Shown here: positions 1-10,743 of the stretch, piece by piece | Layout of the letters: each line of letters opens with the position of its first letter | Position numbering within the stretch: the stretch's first letter is position 1 | Origin: Thermodesulfobacteriota bacterium | Lineage (GTDB): Bacteria; Desulfobacterota; Desulfobulbia; Desulfobulbales; SURF-16 | Assembly (NCBI GenBank): GCA_049323935.1 | Contig: JBMONN010000007.1 | Coordinates: 340 to 64,339, forward strand | Reading direction: 5' to 3' | Length of the DNA: 64,000 nt | Position numbers and translations under genes: made by a program | The notes under the pieces: model-generated | The model's input: only the letters and a program-made list of their open reading frames with translations | Database searches by the model: none | What the model was told of the DNA's origin: nothing

Positions 1-319
1 GCGGCGCAAGCGGGGCCAGCTCCTCCAGCAGCCAGACGATGACGTCCACTGCTCCGACCCGTTTCCGACGATCCGAGCTGCCTGGTCGGATATCGACCGG
101 CAGATGGACGGTGAATCCCACTCCCCATTGCGCCGCAATCTGCTGGAGAACAGCAGCATTGTAGTCATTGGCCGGAACGCTGGCGGACGGTGTTTCAAAA
201 AAGAGCAGCTGGACATCATCGACCAGCCTGGCAAGAAAGACAACATTTTCTTCGATGGTGGCCGGCAGAATAAAGGAGGTCGTGCCGATCTTCCAGGGGA
301 ATCGCTTTTTAGCGGTCAT
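1..319 (-). CDS. Partial CDS (about 106 N-terminal aa, runs off the left edge): TIM-barrel sugar-phosphate isomerase/epimerase-like hypothetical protein
   Basis: Absent from the ORF track because no stop lies in the window. My own minus-strand translation from ATG at 319 gives MTAKKRFPWKIGTTSFILPATIEENVVFLARLVDDVQLLFFETPSAS...FTVHLPVD, open to position 1. The ATG overlaps the end of the upstream MBL gene by 11 nt. Family assignment is by eye only. Confidence 0.4.
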   Translation of the reverse strand, partial: MTAKKRFPWKIGTTSFILPATIEENVVFLARLVDDVQLLFFETPSASVPANDYNAAVLQQIAAQWGVGFTVHLPVDIRPGSSDRRKRVGAVDVIVWLLEELAPLAP

Positions 320-1109
320 CGTCTTCACCAAAGTGGCCAAGATCGATCATTTCACCGGGCCGGTCCTGCCAGGAGAGAGAAACAACCTGTCGCTTGGCCC
401 CGGCGGTCGCCGCGGCCGCAGCGACCGTGTCAAGGGCAAGGGCCGGATCATTGTTGGTTTCGCTGATATGGGCCAGCACGACATGAAAGAGTTTCTCATG
501 GAGAATATCGCCGATCAGGGCAGCAGTTTGGTCATTGGCCAGATGGCCGTGGCGGGAACGAACCCGCTGCTTGAGCTGCAGAGGATAGGGGCCATTTTGC
601 AGCATGCGCGGATCGTGATTGCATTCCAGGACCAACCCGTTGCAGCCGGCCAAATGGTGGCGGATGACCCGGGAGACGGTACCGGTGTCCGTGCAGTAGC
701 CAAGGGAACAAAGGTCATGACGGATAACGAAACCGACCGGGTCGGCGGTATCGTGACAGACGGCAAAAGGATGCACAGAAAAACCGGCGAGGAAAAAGGA
801 TGTCCCGGTGGTGAAGGGATGAACGGCCTCGACCCCGGCCAGGGTTCTGGCTGCGGCGGCAATGGTGCCGGCACTGGCATGAAGCGGCAGACCGAACTTG
901 CGGGCCAGCACCCCGACCCCCTTGAGATGATCGTTGTGTTCATGGGTCAAAAGGATGGCAGACAGTGAAGCGGCCTCGATCCCGATGGCGGCCAGCCGAC
1001 GCTCGATCTCCACGGCGGAAAAACCGTTATCGATCAACAGTGCGCCGCTTTCCGACGCCACGTAGGTGGCGTTCCCCCGGCTGCCGCTGCCCAGCACACA
1101 GAAACGCAT
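309..1109 (-). CDS. MBL-fold metallo-hydrolase
   Basis: 266-aa ORF. N-terminus MRFCVLGSGSRGN and the HxHxDH metal motif (LLTHEHNDHLKG) are typical of the metallo-beta-lactamase fold. Confidence 0.85.
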   Translation of the reverse strand: MRFCVLGSGSRGNATYVASESGALLIDNGFSAVEIERRLAAIGIEAASLSAILLTHEHNDHLKGVGVLARKFGLPLHASAGTIAAAARTLAGVEAVHPFTTGTSFFLAGFSVHPFAVCHDTADPVGFVIRHDLCSLGYCTDTGTVSRVIRHHLAGCNGLVLECNHDPRMLQNGPYPLQLKQRVRSRHGHLANDQTAALIGDILHEKLFHVVLAHISETNNDPALALDTVAAAAATAGAKRQVVSLSWQDRPGEMIDLGHFGEDDDR

Positions 1110-1117
1110 GCCCCTCC

Positions 1118-1582
1118 TTACCGACCGGAGTGCCCGAATCCCCCATCGCCGCGGGTCGTGGCATCAAGGGTTCTGACCGGACGGATCAGGGCCCGGCAGA
1201 CCGGCGCCAGTATGAGCTGGGCAATCCGATCACCCCGCTGGACGGTGTAAGCGGCACTGCCGAGATTGATGAGCCCGATTTTGACTTCACCGCGGTAATC
1301 GGCATCGATCGTGCCTGGACTGTTGACCACCGTGATGCCATGCCTGATTGCCAGTCCGCTGCGGGGACGCACCTGCAATTCGTAGCCTGGCGGGAGCGCT
1401 ACGGCAAAACCGGTTGGCACCAGGGTGATCTGCCCGGGAGAGAGAAGGAGAGGAGCGGGGAGCGCTGCCGCCACATCCATGCCGGCAGCCAGATCGGAAT
1501 GATAGGCGGGAAATGGCAGATCCGCGCAGGTTTCCGGATCGAGCCAGCAGAAAAAAAGATCAACCGGAGCAAAGGACATCAT
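1118..1582 (-). CDS. dut: dUTP diphosphatase
   Basis: 154 aa with dUTPase motifs [30 protein letters not shown] and C-terminal [10 protein letters not shown]. Confidence 0.9.
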   Translation of the reverse strand: MMSFAPVDLFFCWLDPETCADLPFPAYHSDLAAGMDVAAALPAPLLLSPGQITLVPTGFAVALPPGYELQVRPRSGLAIRHGITVVNSPGTIDADYRGEVKIGLINLGSAAYTVQRGDRIAQLILAPVCRALIRPVRTLDATTRGDGGFGHSGR

Positions 1583-1632
1583 GCCCTCCCCTGATTAGTG
1601 CGGTTGCCATGGCGAACAAGACATCGACTTTA

Positions 1633-2913
1633 TTAGCGGCGCGTCCGGGGAAAACCGGCGGGAAAATGACGATCGACCTCATGGGCAGCGAGCGGACCGA
1701 CGACCACGGTGCTCATACCCTTGCCGAAAAGGTGACAGGCCAGGCGGCACACCGCGTCGCCGGTCACCTTTTCCAGGCCGCGCAGCACCTCGTCAAAGGA
1801 GACATCCCGACCGAAATAGAGTTCGTTCCTGCCCAGCCGGGTCATCCGCATCTCCATGCTTTCAGCTGCAAGCAGCAGGCCGGCGCGAGCATAGTCCCGG
1901 GCGTTGGCCAGCTCCTCTGCTGTCACCAGGGCGTGACAGAAACGGGAAATCTCAGTCTCCACCAGGTCGAGGGTGCAATTGATATTGGCGGGATGGACGC
2001 CGAGATAGATCCCGATATAGCCGCCGTCCTGATAGGAGTCGAGATAGGAGTGGACGGAATAGGCCAGTCCTCTTTTTTCACGGATTTCCTGAAAGAGACG
2101 TGAGCTCATGTTGCCGCCCAACATGATGTTAAGCAGCATCAGGGCATAGCGGTCCGGTGAGTGGACATCAAGACCGTAAGTGCCAAGCGCGACATGCGCC
2201 TGCTCCAACGGCTTGGCCAGCACCTTCTGTTCCAACGCCAGCTCAGTGGGAGCCTTGCGCTCAGAACGGAAAAGAGGGTGGACGACGCAGAGTGGCGAAA
2301 AGAGCATGTCGAGCAGGCCGACTAAGGCGTCGTGCTCCACATTGCCGGCCGCTGCGATAACGATGCGATCCGGTGTATAGAAGTTCCGCAAGTGATCGAG
2401 CAGCTTCTGGCGATCCATGCGGGACACCACCTCCACCGCACCGAGCACGGTGTTGCCCAACGGATGATGCCCCCACAGCAGCTTTTCAAAGAGGTCGTGA
2501 ATCTGCTCCTCCGGCGTATCCTCCACCATGCTGATCTCCTGGAGGATGACCTGCTGCTCACGCTCCACCTCTTCCGGATCGAAAAGAGAGTTGCGAAAGC
2601 AATCGGCAAAAAGCTCCAGCAGCCGGGGCAGCTGATCGTCGAGCACGGTGGCATGATAACAGGTGACATCCTTGCCGGTGAAGGCGTTCGCCGTCCCGCC
2701 CAGCACGTCAAATTCCATGGCAATACGGCCGGCGCTGCGCAGGGAAGTTCCCTTGAAGAGCATATGCTCGACAAAATGGGAACAGCCGCTGGTCAGATCA
2801 TGCTCGTCGCGGGCGCCGACATCAACCCAGATGCCGACGCTCACCGTTCTGACATGGGGCACCTGTTCGGAGACAACACGCACCCCGTTGTCCAGCACAG
2901 TCTTCCGCAGCAT
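1633..2913 (-). CDS. M16-family (pitrilysin-like) zinc peptidase
   Basis: 426 aa with the inverted zinc-binding motif HFVEHMLFKGT. Lies 19 nt downstream of pnp. Confidence 0.85.
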   Translation of the reverse strand: MLRKTVLDNGVRVVSEQVPHVRTVSVGIWVDVGARDEHDLTSGCSHFVEHMLFKGTSLRSAGRIAMEFDVLGGTANAFTGKDVTCYHATVLDDQLPRLLELFADCFRNSLFDPEEVEREQQVILQEISMVEDTPEEQIHDLFEKLLWGHHPLGNTVLGAVEVVSRMDRQKLLDHLRNFYTPDRIVIAAAGNVEHDALVGLLDMLFSPLCVVHPLFRSERKAPTELALEQKVLAKPLEQAHVALGTYGLDVHSPDRYALMLLNIMLGGNMSSRLFQEIREKRGLAYSVHSYLDSYQDGGYIGIYLGVHPANINCTLDLVETEISRFCHALVTAEELANARDYARAGLLLAAESMEMRMTRLGRNELYFGRDVSFDEVLRGLEKVTGDAVCRLACHLFGKGMSTVVVGPLAAHEVDRHFPAGFPRTRR

Positions 2914-2932
2914 GGTGCCAGCGCCTCCCTGT

Positions 2933-5026
2933 TTACCCCTGCATCTCGGCGAGGGCCGCCTTGCGGCTCAGCCGAATCTTGCCGCGCTGGTCAACATTGA
3001 GCACCTTGACCATGACCTCTTCTCCTTCCTGGAGGATGTCGGTGACCTTTTCAACCCGCCGGTTATCAAGCTCAGAGATGTGAATGAGACCGTCGGTGCC
3101 AGGAAGAATCTCGACAAAAGCACCGAAATCGACGATCTTCTGCACTGTGCCCTTATAAATCTTGCCGATCTCAACCTCGGCGGTGATCTCCCGAACCCGG
3201 TCGAAAACCTTCTGACCGACCACGCCGTCCGGTGCAAAAATCATCACTTTGCCGGAATCCTCGACATCGATCTTGACCCCGTACTCAGCGGTGATGGATT
3301 TGATCATCTTCCCGCCCGGCCCGATCAGATCACGGATCTTTTCCGGATTGATCTCCATGGAAAAGATCTTTGGAGCATGCTCGGGCAGGGTGGCGCGGGG
3401 GGCATCGATCGCCTCCCGCATCTTTTCCAGGATGTGGAGCCGGCCGTTTTTTGCCTGGGCCAGGGCGGTGGTCATGATCTCCCGGGAGATCCCTTCGATC
3501 TTGATATCCATCTGCAGGGCGGTGATGCCGGCCGCGGTGCCGCACACCTTGAAATCCATATCGCCAAGGTGATCCTCATCGCCGAGAATATCGGAGAGGA
3601 CAACAATCTGATCATCGTCCTTGATCAACCCCATGGCCACCCCGGATACCGGCTGCCTGATCGGCACCCCGGCATCCATCAGCGCCAGACAGCCGCCGCA
3701 GACGGTGGCCATCGAGGAGGAACCGTTGGATTCCATGACGTCCGATACCACCCTGATGGTGTAAGGGAAGTCGGCCATGTCCGGCAGGATGGCCTGAATG
3801 GCGCGGGTGGCCAGGGCGCCGTGCCCGATATCGCGGCGGCTCGGACCGCGCAGAAAACGGACCTCGCCGACACAGAATGGCGGAAAGTTGTAATGGAGCA
3901 TGAACGGCAAATTTTCCATCCCCCCCAAGGTTTCCACCCGCTGTTCATCCTCGCCGCTGCCCAGGGTGGCGGTAACGAGGGTCTGGGTCTCCCCCCTGGT
4001 GAACAGGGCCGAGCCGTGGGCCCGCGGCAGAATGGCGACTTCGGAGGTGATCGCCCTGATCTCCTCAAAGCCGCGGCCGTCAATGCGTTTGCGCTCATTG
4101 ACAATCATGGCGCGCATCATATTCTTTTTCAGGTCATGGAGCAGGGCTTTGGCCTCCGCCTGGCCGGTAAAGCCCTCCTCCTTAGCCAGTTCGACAAGAA
4201 CCTCCTCTTCCAGCCCATGGTAGAGGTCGCCACGTTGCATCTTGTCAGCAGTGGTGATGACCCTGGCCATGCCTGCCTGGGCGATGGCGGTTATCTTTTC
4301 CTGCAGCGCATGATCAATCTCCGGCACGGTAACGGCGATTTTGGGCCGGCCGACCTCCCGGCGCAGTTCCTCCTGGATATCGAGCAACGGCTGGATGCCG
4401 GCATGGCCGAAATAGATGCCGGACAGCACCTCCTCCTCAGAGAGATTGTCAGCACCGCCCTCAACCATTACCACGGCATTGCGGGAACCAGCGACGATGA
4501 GATCCATCCGTGATCTGCTCAACTGATCTTTGGTGGGATTGAGCACATACTCGCCATCAATATAACCGACCCTCACCCCGGCAATCGGTCCGAGAAATGG
4601 GATATCCGATACGGTCAGGGCCGCGGAGGCGCCGACCATGGCCATGATGTCCGGGTCATTCTCCTTATCGGCGGACAGGACAGTGGCGATGATCTGCGTC
4701 TCGTTTTTGTAGCCGTCGGCAAACAGAGGTCGCAAAGGTCTGTCAATAAAACGACTCGTCAGGGTCTCCTTTTCCGTCGGCCGCCCGATTTCCCGGCGGA
4801 AATAACTGCCGGGAATCCTGCCCACCGCATAAAAACGTTCCTGATACTCCACGGTCAAGGGGAAAAAATCGATGTCCGGTCGTCCTTCCCGGGCCGCAGT
4901 CGCTGTCACCAGAACCACGCTCTCGCCATAGGAAACAACCACCGAGCCATTTGCCTGTTTTGCCATCTTGCCGGTCTCGATGGCAAACATCCTGCCGCCA
5001 ACTTCCACTTCAACTTTCTTATACAT
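2933..5026 (-). CDS. pnp: Polyribonucleotide nucleotidyltransferase (PNPase)
   Basis: 697 aa. Two RNase PH-like halves followed by KH and S1 regions (GKIYKGTVQKIVDFGAFVEILPGTDGLIHISEL). Canonical position after rpsO. Confidence 0.97.
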   Translation of the reverse strand: MYKKVEVEVGGRMFAIETGKMAKQANGSVVVSYGESVVLVTATAAREGRPDIDFFPLTVEYQERFYAVGRIPGSYFRREIGRPTEKETLTSRFIDRPLRPLFADGYKNETQIIATVLSADKENDPDIMAMVGASAALTVSDIPFLGPIAGVRVGYIDGEYVLNPTKDQLSRSRMDLIVAGSRNAVVMVEGGADNLSEEEVLSGIYFGHAGIQPLLDIQEELRREVGRPKIAVTVPEIDHALQEKITAIAQAGMARVITTADKMQRGDLYHGLEEEVLVELAKEEGFTGQAEAKALLHDLKKNMMRAMIVNERKRIDGRGFEEIRAITSEVAILPRAHGSALFTRGETQTLVTATLGSGEDEQRVETLGGMENLPFMLHYNFPPFCVGEVRFLRGPSRRDIGHGALATRAIQAILPDMADFPYTIRVVSDVMESNGSSSMATVCGGCLALMDAGVPIRQPVSGVAMGLIKDDDQIVVLSDILGDEDHLGDMDFKVCGTAAGITALQMDIKIEGISREIMTTALAQAKNGRLHILEKMREAIDAPRATLPEHAPKIFSMEINPEKIRDLIGPGGKMIKSITAEYGVKIDVEDSGKVMIFAPDGVVGQKVFDRVREITAEVEIGKIYKGTVQKIVDFGAFVEILPGTDGLIHISELDNRRVEKVTDILQEGEEVMVKVLNVDQRGKIRLSRKAALAEMQG

Positions 5027-5066
5027 TTTTCACCTTTGTTCACGGCCGTGCGGCCGCCGGTCAACC

Positions 5067-5130
5067 GGATTACGAACTACGTCTGAGTGGTCATCCAGCC
5101 GGTTGACCACTCAGTCCTAATTCGTAACCC
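5067..5130 (-). promoter_or_regulatory. Long imperfect hairpin in the pnp 5' leader (candidate RNase III/autoregulation stem)
   Basis: Inner perfect 11-bp stem CTGAGTGGTCA (5083-5093) / TGACCACTCAG (5104-5114) with a 10-nt loop. Outer 10-bp stem 5067-5076 / 5121-5130 with one mismatch, separated from the inner stem by a 6x6 internal loop. Sits 41 nt upstream of the pnp start. Confidence 0.45.
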
Positions 5131-5242
5131 GTATGATAATGTGGATCCCGCGCAAAGATGAGCCGACACGTCCTTACCGGCAGGCAGCAGCCCACAGGAT
5201 CAGCATGGCCGGCGATCTTCTTTTCGGCGGGACGGTCAGAAC

Positions 5243-5276
5243 AGAAAAGTCCAGGGAACTCAGGAGAACCCTGGAC
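5243..5276 (-). terminator. Rho-independent terminator candidate downstream of rpsO
   Basis: 8-bp GC-rich stem GTCCAGGG (5249-5256) / CCCTGGAC (5269-5276) with a 12-nt loop, followed on the minus strand by TTTTCT. Confidence 0.55.
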
Positions 5277-5416
5277 TTATCACTTAGTCAGCGCACACTT
5301 TCGGACAACGTACAGCGCCCGTTCGCCGCCCCTCCAGCCCAGCAAACATCTGCAAACAGATGTCAACGCCCGCTGCAGTGAAAGGGGATGTGTGCATCAT
5401 CCGCCACCACAGATCG

Positions 5417-5686
5417 CTACTTTCTGATACCAAGCTCCTTGATGACGTTGCGATACCGGTCAATGCTCTTGCCCTTAAGATAATTGAGCAGCCGTCTGCG
5501 CTGACCAACAAGCTTGAGCAGCCCGCGCCGGGAATGATGATCCTTCTTGTGCGACTGAAAATGTTCGGTCAGGGAGCTGATCCGGGCGCTGAGCAGCGCC
5601 ACCTGAACCTCGGGTGAGCCGGTATCGCCTTGATGGGTGGCAAATTTTTCGATGATTTCTTTTTTCTGGGCTGATTGCATTGTCAC
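5417..5686 (-). CDS. rpsO: 30S ribosomal protein S15
   Basis: 89 aa, [43 protein letters not shown]...; unmistakable S15. Confidence 0.97.
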   Translation of the reverse strand: MTMQSAQKKEIIEKFATHQGDTGSPEVQVALLSARISSLTEHFQSHKKDHHSRRGLLKLVGQRRRLLNYLKGKSIDRYRNVIKELGIRK

Positions 5687-5742
5687 TGCGCGTTCCTCCT
5701 ATTCAAAAATAACTCGGTTTTTATTGCATTATGCCATGAGTT

Positions 5743-6477
5743 TCAGCATCCCGCGACAATTTCATCAACAGGACGCAACGAATCTGTCACCAACCGCAAC
5801 GCATCTTCGCTGTCTCCGTGAAGGCACTCACCGGGAAGAGCGTATTCAACTGAAAAAGGGCCGCTGCGGGTACGTCGCAACTCGGTGAGATGAGCGCCGC
5901 AGCCGAGTTTTGTACCTATATCCGCCGCCAGACTGCGGATATAGGTACCTTTTCCGCAGACAACCCTGACGCGCAACTCCTCTCGCTGCCGGGAGAGGAG
6001 CACGATCTGGTGGATCTGAATCAGACGGGGGGCCTTCGTCACCGCCATGCCCTTGCGTGCATAGTAATACAAGGGTTTCCCTTCGTGTTTGAGGGCGGAA
6101 AAGATCGGAGGCGTCTGCAGTTGCTCGCCGACAAAGGATTGCAGGCAGCGGGTAACCTCCTCGTCGCTCATCTCCCCCACCGCCCGACAGGCGGTCACCG
6201 TACCGGTAAGATCCTGGGTATCGGTTTCGACGCCAAGCCGGAGGGTGGCTTCATATTCCTTTTCACCCCCCATCAGCAACGAAATCCGCCGGGTCGCCTC
6301 GCGACCGGCACAGAGGATCAGCAGCCCGGAGGCAAAGGGATCCAAGGTCCCGGCGTGCCCCACTTTTTTTATCCGCAGAATCCGCTTCACCAGCTGCACC
6401 ATCCGGAAGGAGGTTGGACCAACCGGTTTATCAAGCAGGAGAAAGCCGCTCTGCGGGGGCGTCACCGTCACGTTCAC
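5743..6477 (-). CDS. truB: tRNA pseudouridine(55) synthase
   Basis: 244 aa with a GTG start overlapping the upstream stop (GTGA). Catalytic motif GHAGTLDPFASGLL. Confidence 0.93.
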   Translation of the reverse strand: MNVTVTPPQSGFLLLDKPVGPTSFRMVQLVKRILRIKKVGHAGTLDPFASGLLILCAGREATRRISLLMGGEKEYEATLRLGVETDTQDLTGTVTACRAVGEMSDEEVTRCLQSFVGEQLQTPPIFSALKHEGKPLYYYARKGMAVTKAPRLIQIHQIVLLSRQREELRVRVVCGKGTYIRSLAADIGTKLGCGAHLTELRRTRSGPFSVEYALPGECLHGDSEDALRLVTDSLRPVDEIVAGC

Positions 6478-7442
6478 CGGCGGAGCAGATCGTGCAGGGA
6501 GACCAGCAGCTCCTCACGGACCTGCGCCACATTTTTGCCGGCAACCTTGAAACCCGAGGCGTTGCGGTGCCCCCCCCCACCGAATTTCTGGGCCACCGCT
6601 GCCACGTCATAGTCACCCTTGGAGCGAAGGCTGACGCCGACGACATCCGCTGACTCTTTGATAAAGGCAGCGATTCTCACCGTTTCCAGAGAGCGGGGAT
6701 AATTAATGAACAACTCCGTATCAGCGGCAGTGGTGCCGGTGCGTTCGTAGAGTTCACGGGTTACCTGGATGACAGCCAGCTTCTCATCGTCATAGAGGGT
6801 CAGGGTCGCCAGTACCTCCTGGAGCAACTGGAGACGATTGCGGGTAAAATTGTCAAAAATTTTCCCTGCGATTTCGGCAGGCTTTACCCCCAAGGCCACC
6901 AGAGCACCGGCAATCCGCAGGGTATCGGCCGACGTCGAGGCATACTTAAAAGAGCCGGTGTCGGAAACAATGGCAGAATAGAGACAGTAGGCGGTCTCGT
7001 AGTCGATTTCTGCCCCCAGGCCTCTTATCAGTTCATAGACCATCTCGCCGGTGGATGATTTAGTCGGGTCAACCCAGCGAAAATGACCAAAATTTTTGTG
7101 CCCGGTATGGTGATCAATGACAACAAATGGGTCAACCTGCAACAGGCTATCCTTTGCCTTGCCGAGGCGGAGGTCATCGCCGCAGTCCAGTGCAATGCCG
7201 CAATCAAAACGCCCTAGCGGTGGAATCCCGATATCGAGACGGTCCGAGCCGGGTAAAAACTCGAGAATGTAATGAGCAGGTTCTTCGCTGTAGAGATACA
7301 CCTGCTTTCCCAAGACACGCAGGACATTGCCAAGGGCGAGTTGCGAACCGAGGGCATCGACATCCGGAAAAACGTGGGTGGCAATGAGAACGCTCTTCGC
7401 CGACCGCAGGACGGCTATAATCTCATTCAGTTCCTGCTTCAT
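6474..7442 (-). CDS. nrnA: DHH/DHHA1 phosphoesterase, NrnA-like oligoribonuclease/pAp phosphatase
   Basis: 322 aa. DHH motifs (HVFPDVDALGS, VIDHHTGH) and DHHA1 motif FGGGGHRNASG. Sits between rbfA and truB. Confidence 0.8.
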   Translation of the reverse strand: MKQELNEIIAVLRSAKSVLIATHVFPDVDALGSQLALGNVLRVLGKQVYLYSEEPAHYILEFLPGSDRLDIGIPPLGRFDCGIALDCGDDLRLGKAKDSLLQVDPFVVIDHHTGHKNFGHFRWVDPTKSSTGEMVYELIRGLGAEIDYETAYCLYSAIVSDTGSFKYASTSADTLRIAGALVALGVKPAEIAGKIFDNFTRNRLQLLQEVLATLTLYDDEKLAVIQVTRELYERTGTTAADTELFINYPRSLETVRIAAFIKESADVVGVSLRSKGDYDVAAVAQKFGGGGHRNASGFKVAGKNVAQVREELLVSLHDLLRR

Positions 7443-7833
7443 GCTCGGCGGCTATCTCCTGAAACAGTTTCTGCATCTTTTCATCATGCTCCACCGATCT
7501 GTCCCGGAAAAAAAACAACTCCGGGACATAACGCATCTGCAGCCGACCGGCCAGATGACTGCGGATGAAGCCCTTCGCCCTGGCCAGTCCGATTTTGGCC
7601 GATGCGGTCTGCTCCGCAGCACAGCAGTAGTAAATCTTTGCCTGTTTCAGATCCTTGCTGACAACGACATGGGTGATGCGGACATGACGCAAAGCAGGAT
7701 CCTGTATCGTGTAAAGCAGGAGGACGGCGACCTCATCCCTGATGGCGTCGGCGACCCGGATTGGCCTTCTTTTCGGCCCCGGAACCAGTCCATCTGGAAG
7801 AGTAAACCGTGACTTTTCCTTAAACGCAACCAT
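7423..7833 (-). CDS. rbfA: Ribosome-binding factor A
   Basis: 136 aa with an RbfA-like core (RVADAIRDEVAVLL...VRITHVVVSKDLKQAKIYY). Immediately downstream of infB. Confidence 0.9.
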   Translation of the reverse strand: MVAFKEKSRFTLPDGLVPGPKRRPIRVADAIRDEVAVLLLYTIQDPALRHVRITHVVVSKDLKQAKIYYCCAAEQTASAKIGLARAKGFIRSHLAGRLQMRYVPELFFFRDRSVEHDEKMQKLFQEIAAEHEAGTE

Positions 7834-7854
7834 AAAAAACGCTCCGGCAGCGGA

Positions 7855-10692
7855 TTACAACTGCGCCTCGGTTTTCTCCATAACAAAGGCTTCTAGCCGA
7901 TCACCGACCTTGATGTCATTATAATTTTCAATGCCGGCTCCGCACTCATAACCAGCCTGCACTTCCTTGGCGTCATCCTTAAAGCGCCGCAGAGAGGATA
8001 TCCTGCCGGTGTAGATCACTACACCATCCCGCACCAACCGGACATGGGCATTACGCTCCATTTTCCCAACCGTCACATAACAGCCGGCAATGGTGCCGAT
8101 CTTGGGCACGCTGAAAGTCTCCCGCACCTCGGCCGACCCAATCACCTTTTCTTCGAAGGTCGGTTCCAGCATGCCAACCATCGCCTTTTTAATGTCGTCA
8201 AGGGCGTGGTAAATAACGTCATAGAAGCGAAGATCGACATTTTCCGCCTTGGCCAGGTCCGTCACCTTGGCGCTGGGCCGGACATTGAACCCGATAATGA
8301 GGGCATCCGAAGCGGCGGCAAGCAGCACGTCGGATTCGATGATGGTACCGGTGCCGGAATGAAGAATCTTCACCTTGATTTCTTCGGTGCTCAATTCTTC
8401 CATGGCCTTGGCAAAGGCCTCCAGGGTACCCTGGACATCGGCACGCAACACCACCCGCAACTCTTTGGTTTCACCCTGCTGCATCCGTTCGAACAGGTTG
8501 TCCAGAGAAATCTTGGTGGAGCTGGCTAGTTCGCTTTCCCGACTCTTCAGCTGCCGGTCGTTACTGACGCTGCGGGCCATTTTTTCATCCGGCACCACGA
8601 CAAACTCGTCACCGGCCTTCGGCACGCCACTGAGCCCCTGTATCTCCACCGGCATGGACGGACCGGCTTCCTCGATTTTCCGTCCCTTGTCATCGGTCAG
8701 CGAACGGACTTTGCCGCTGTAGATACCGGCGACAAAATAATCCCCCACCCGCAGAGTTCCGTGCTGGACAAGCACAGTGGCCACCGGCCCGCGTCCCTTG
8801 TGGAGCTGAGCCTCGATCACCCACCCTTTCGCCCGGCGCTTCGGATCGGCCTTGAGCTCAAGAATTTCAGTCTGCAGGAGAATGTTTTCCACCAGCTCGT
8901 CGATGCCGAGCCCCTTTTTTGCCGACGTTTCACAGTAAATCGTCTCGCCACCCCATTCCTCGGCCACCAGACCGAGATCTGCCAGCTCCCGCTTGACCCT
9001 GGCCGGATCAGCGTCCGGCTTGTCGATCTTATTGACCGCGACCAGTATCGGCACCCCTGCCGCCTTGGCATGGTTGATTGCCTCTTTGGTCTGATCCATA
9101 ACGCCGTCATCAGCAGCTACCACAAGAACGACGACGTCCGTCACCTGCGCGCCACGTGAACGCATCTCGGTAAAGGCAGCATGACCTGGGGTGTCGAGAA
9201 AGACCAGATCACCTTTGGCGGAACGAACATAGTGAGCACCGATATGCTGGGTAATACCGCCCGCCTCACCGGCAGCGACATCGGTATTGCGTATTGCGTC
9301 GAGGATGGAGGTCTTGCCATGATCAACATGCCCCATCACGGTAACCACCGGCGGCCGCGGCAACTCCTCCCCGCCGCTCTCAGCCTGATCGAGGTTGATG
9401 ATGGACTGTTCCTCAGTAACCCCCTGCTCGACCTCAAAACCAAAATCACTTGCCACCAGCATGGCTGTATCGACATCCAGGGCCTGATTTACCGTGGCCA
9501 TAATACCGAGCCCGATCAGTTTGGCGATGATCTCGCTGGCCTTTACCCCCATGCGGTGGGCCAGATCACCAACCGAAATGGTTTCGAGCACCTTGATACG
9601 CTTTTTGATCGCCTTGGTCTCGCTGACCGGCTGCAGCTCCCGCTCCCGACGCTTTTTCTTGGAGCCACGTGGCCCGCGCATGACCCGCACCCCGCCGCCG
9701 ATTCTGCCTCCGAGCTGCTCCAGGTCGTCGACATCAACGTCAATGCCGTCCTGACGTTTCGTCCCCTTTTTAGCCCGTGCGACGCCAGGCTCTGGGGCAA
9801 ACTTAACAAACCGTTTTCCCTTTTTACCTTTTTTATTCTTGTCGCCATCGTCGGCCAACTGGCTGTCAATCCCCTCATCGATCAGCGGCATTTGCACTTT
9901 TTTCGGCTTCTCAATTACCTTTTTCGGTCGCTGCCTGTCCTCTTCAACCGGCAGGGGAATTTCTGTCCGTCCGATAATTTTCGCCAGCCCCTTTTTCCGT
10001 TTCTGCAGCGCCACGCCATCATCCTTCCTGGGCTCACGGTCAACGACTTCCGCCTCTCCTCCTGCAACAAGGGGTGGTGCTACTTCGGTTACTGCTGCTG
10101 GCTGTTCCTGGCCGCCGGCTTCGCCCTTTGCTGCCGGTGCTGCCATCTCAACAACCGCCTCACCGACGGCCTCAGTCGAAAACGTTTCAGGGATTTCCTC
10201 AGCAACCGGTGCGGATTTTCTTTCTTCCGCAACCGGCGGTGCGGCTGTTCCTGCCTCTTTTTCATGGGCAACAGCCGCAACAACCTCTTCCTCAGCAGAA
10301 GGCAGTACCGCAACCGGTTGTGTCGGCGGTTGCTCCAGAGCTGCGTTCGCTTCAGGATGCTCGACCTCCGGCTCCTCCTGGGGGGGAAGAAACGACGGTA
10401 CAGCAGATTCTTCCACCGCTTCAGGATGCTCTTCAGAAGTTTCGGGGCTGCTTTCGACAACCGCTTGAGTCCGCCGACGGATGATGGTGGTTCGCCCCTT
10501 CTGCTCGATCCGTTTCTCCTGCACCTCAACCTTTTTGATGCCCAGCCGGCTTCTGATCTCTTCAGCCATATCGTCGTCAATGGAAGAATTATAGGCTCGC
10601 ACGTTATATCCCATTTCGATGAGTTGAGCGGTCAGAATCTTGCTTTCAATACCGGCTTCTTTGGCCAGCTCATATACCCGAATTTTTCCCAT
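7855..10692 (-). CDS. infB: Translation initiation factor IF-2
   Basis: 945 aa. GTPase motifs [18 protein letters not shown]. Long Ala/Glu/Pro-rich N-terminal region. Confidence 0.97.
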   Translation of the reverse strand: MGKIRVYELAKEAGIESKILTAQLIEMGYNVRAYNSSIDDDMAEEIRSRLGIKKVEVQEKRIEQKGRTTIIRRRTQAVVESSPETSEEHPEAVEESAVPSFLPPQEEPEVEHPEANAALEQPPTQPVAVLPSAEEEVVAAVAHEKEAGTAAPPVAEERKSAPVAEEIPETFSTEAVGEAVVEMAAPAAKGEAGGQEQPAAVTEVAPPLVAGGEAEVVDREPRKDDGVALQKRKKGLAKIIGRTEIPLPVEEDRQRPKKVIEKPKKVQMPLIDEGIDSQLADDGDKNKKGKKGKRFVKFAPEPGVARAKKGTKRQDGIDVDVDDLEQLGGRIGGGVRVMRGPRGSKKKRRERELQPVSETKAIKKRIKVLETISVGDLAHRMGVKASEIIAKLIGLGIMATVNQALDVDTAMLVASDFGFEVEQGVTEEQSIINLDQAESGGEELPRPPVVTVMGHVDHGKTSILDAIRNTDVAAGEAGGITQHIGAHYVRSAKGDLVFLDTPGHAAFTEMRSRGAQVTDVVVLVVAADDGVMDQTKEAINHAKAAGVPILVAVNKIDKPDADPARVKRELADLGLVAEEWGGETIYCETSAKKGLGIDELVENILLQTEILELKADPKRRAKGWVIEAQLHKGRGPVATVLVQHGTLRVGDYFVAGIYSGKVRSLTDDKGRKIEEAGPSMPVEIQGLSGVPKAGDEFVVVPDEKMARSVSNDRQLKSRESELASSTKISLDNLFERMQQGETKELRVVLRADVQGTLEAFAKAMEELSTEEIKVKILHSGTGTIIESDVLLAAASDALIIGFNVRPSAKVTDLAKAENVDLRFYDVIYHALDDIKKAMVGMLEPTFEEKVIGSAEVRETFSVPKIGTIAGCYVTVGKMERNAHVRLVRDGVVIYTGRISSLRRFKDDAKEVQAGYECGAGIENYNDIKVGDRLEAFVMEKTEAQL

Positions 10693-10743
10693 TATTTACT
10701 CCTGATACTACCCTTCCGAACGTATGCCACCGCACAATGCCTC

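Noticed and set aside
2663-4513. 616-aa plus-strand ORF across pnp
   Set aside because: It is an antisense shadow of an unmistakable pnp gene. The product is low-complexity and rich in G/A/R/P/H, typical of the reverse frame of a GC-rich gene, with no recognisable motifs.
9700-10500. Repetitive-looking Ala/Glu/Pro-rich DNA in the infB 5' third, considered as a tandem repeat or array
   Set aside because: I found no regular repeat unit or spacer pattern. It is the usual low-complexity N-terminal region of IF-2, in frame and continuous with the GTPase domain.
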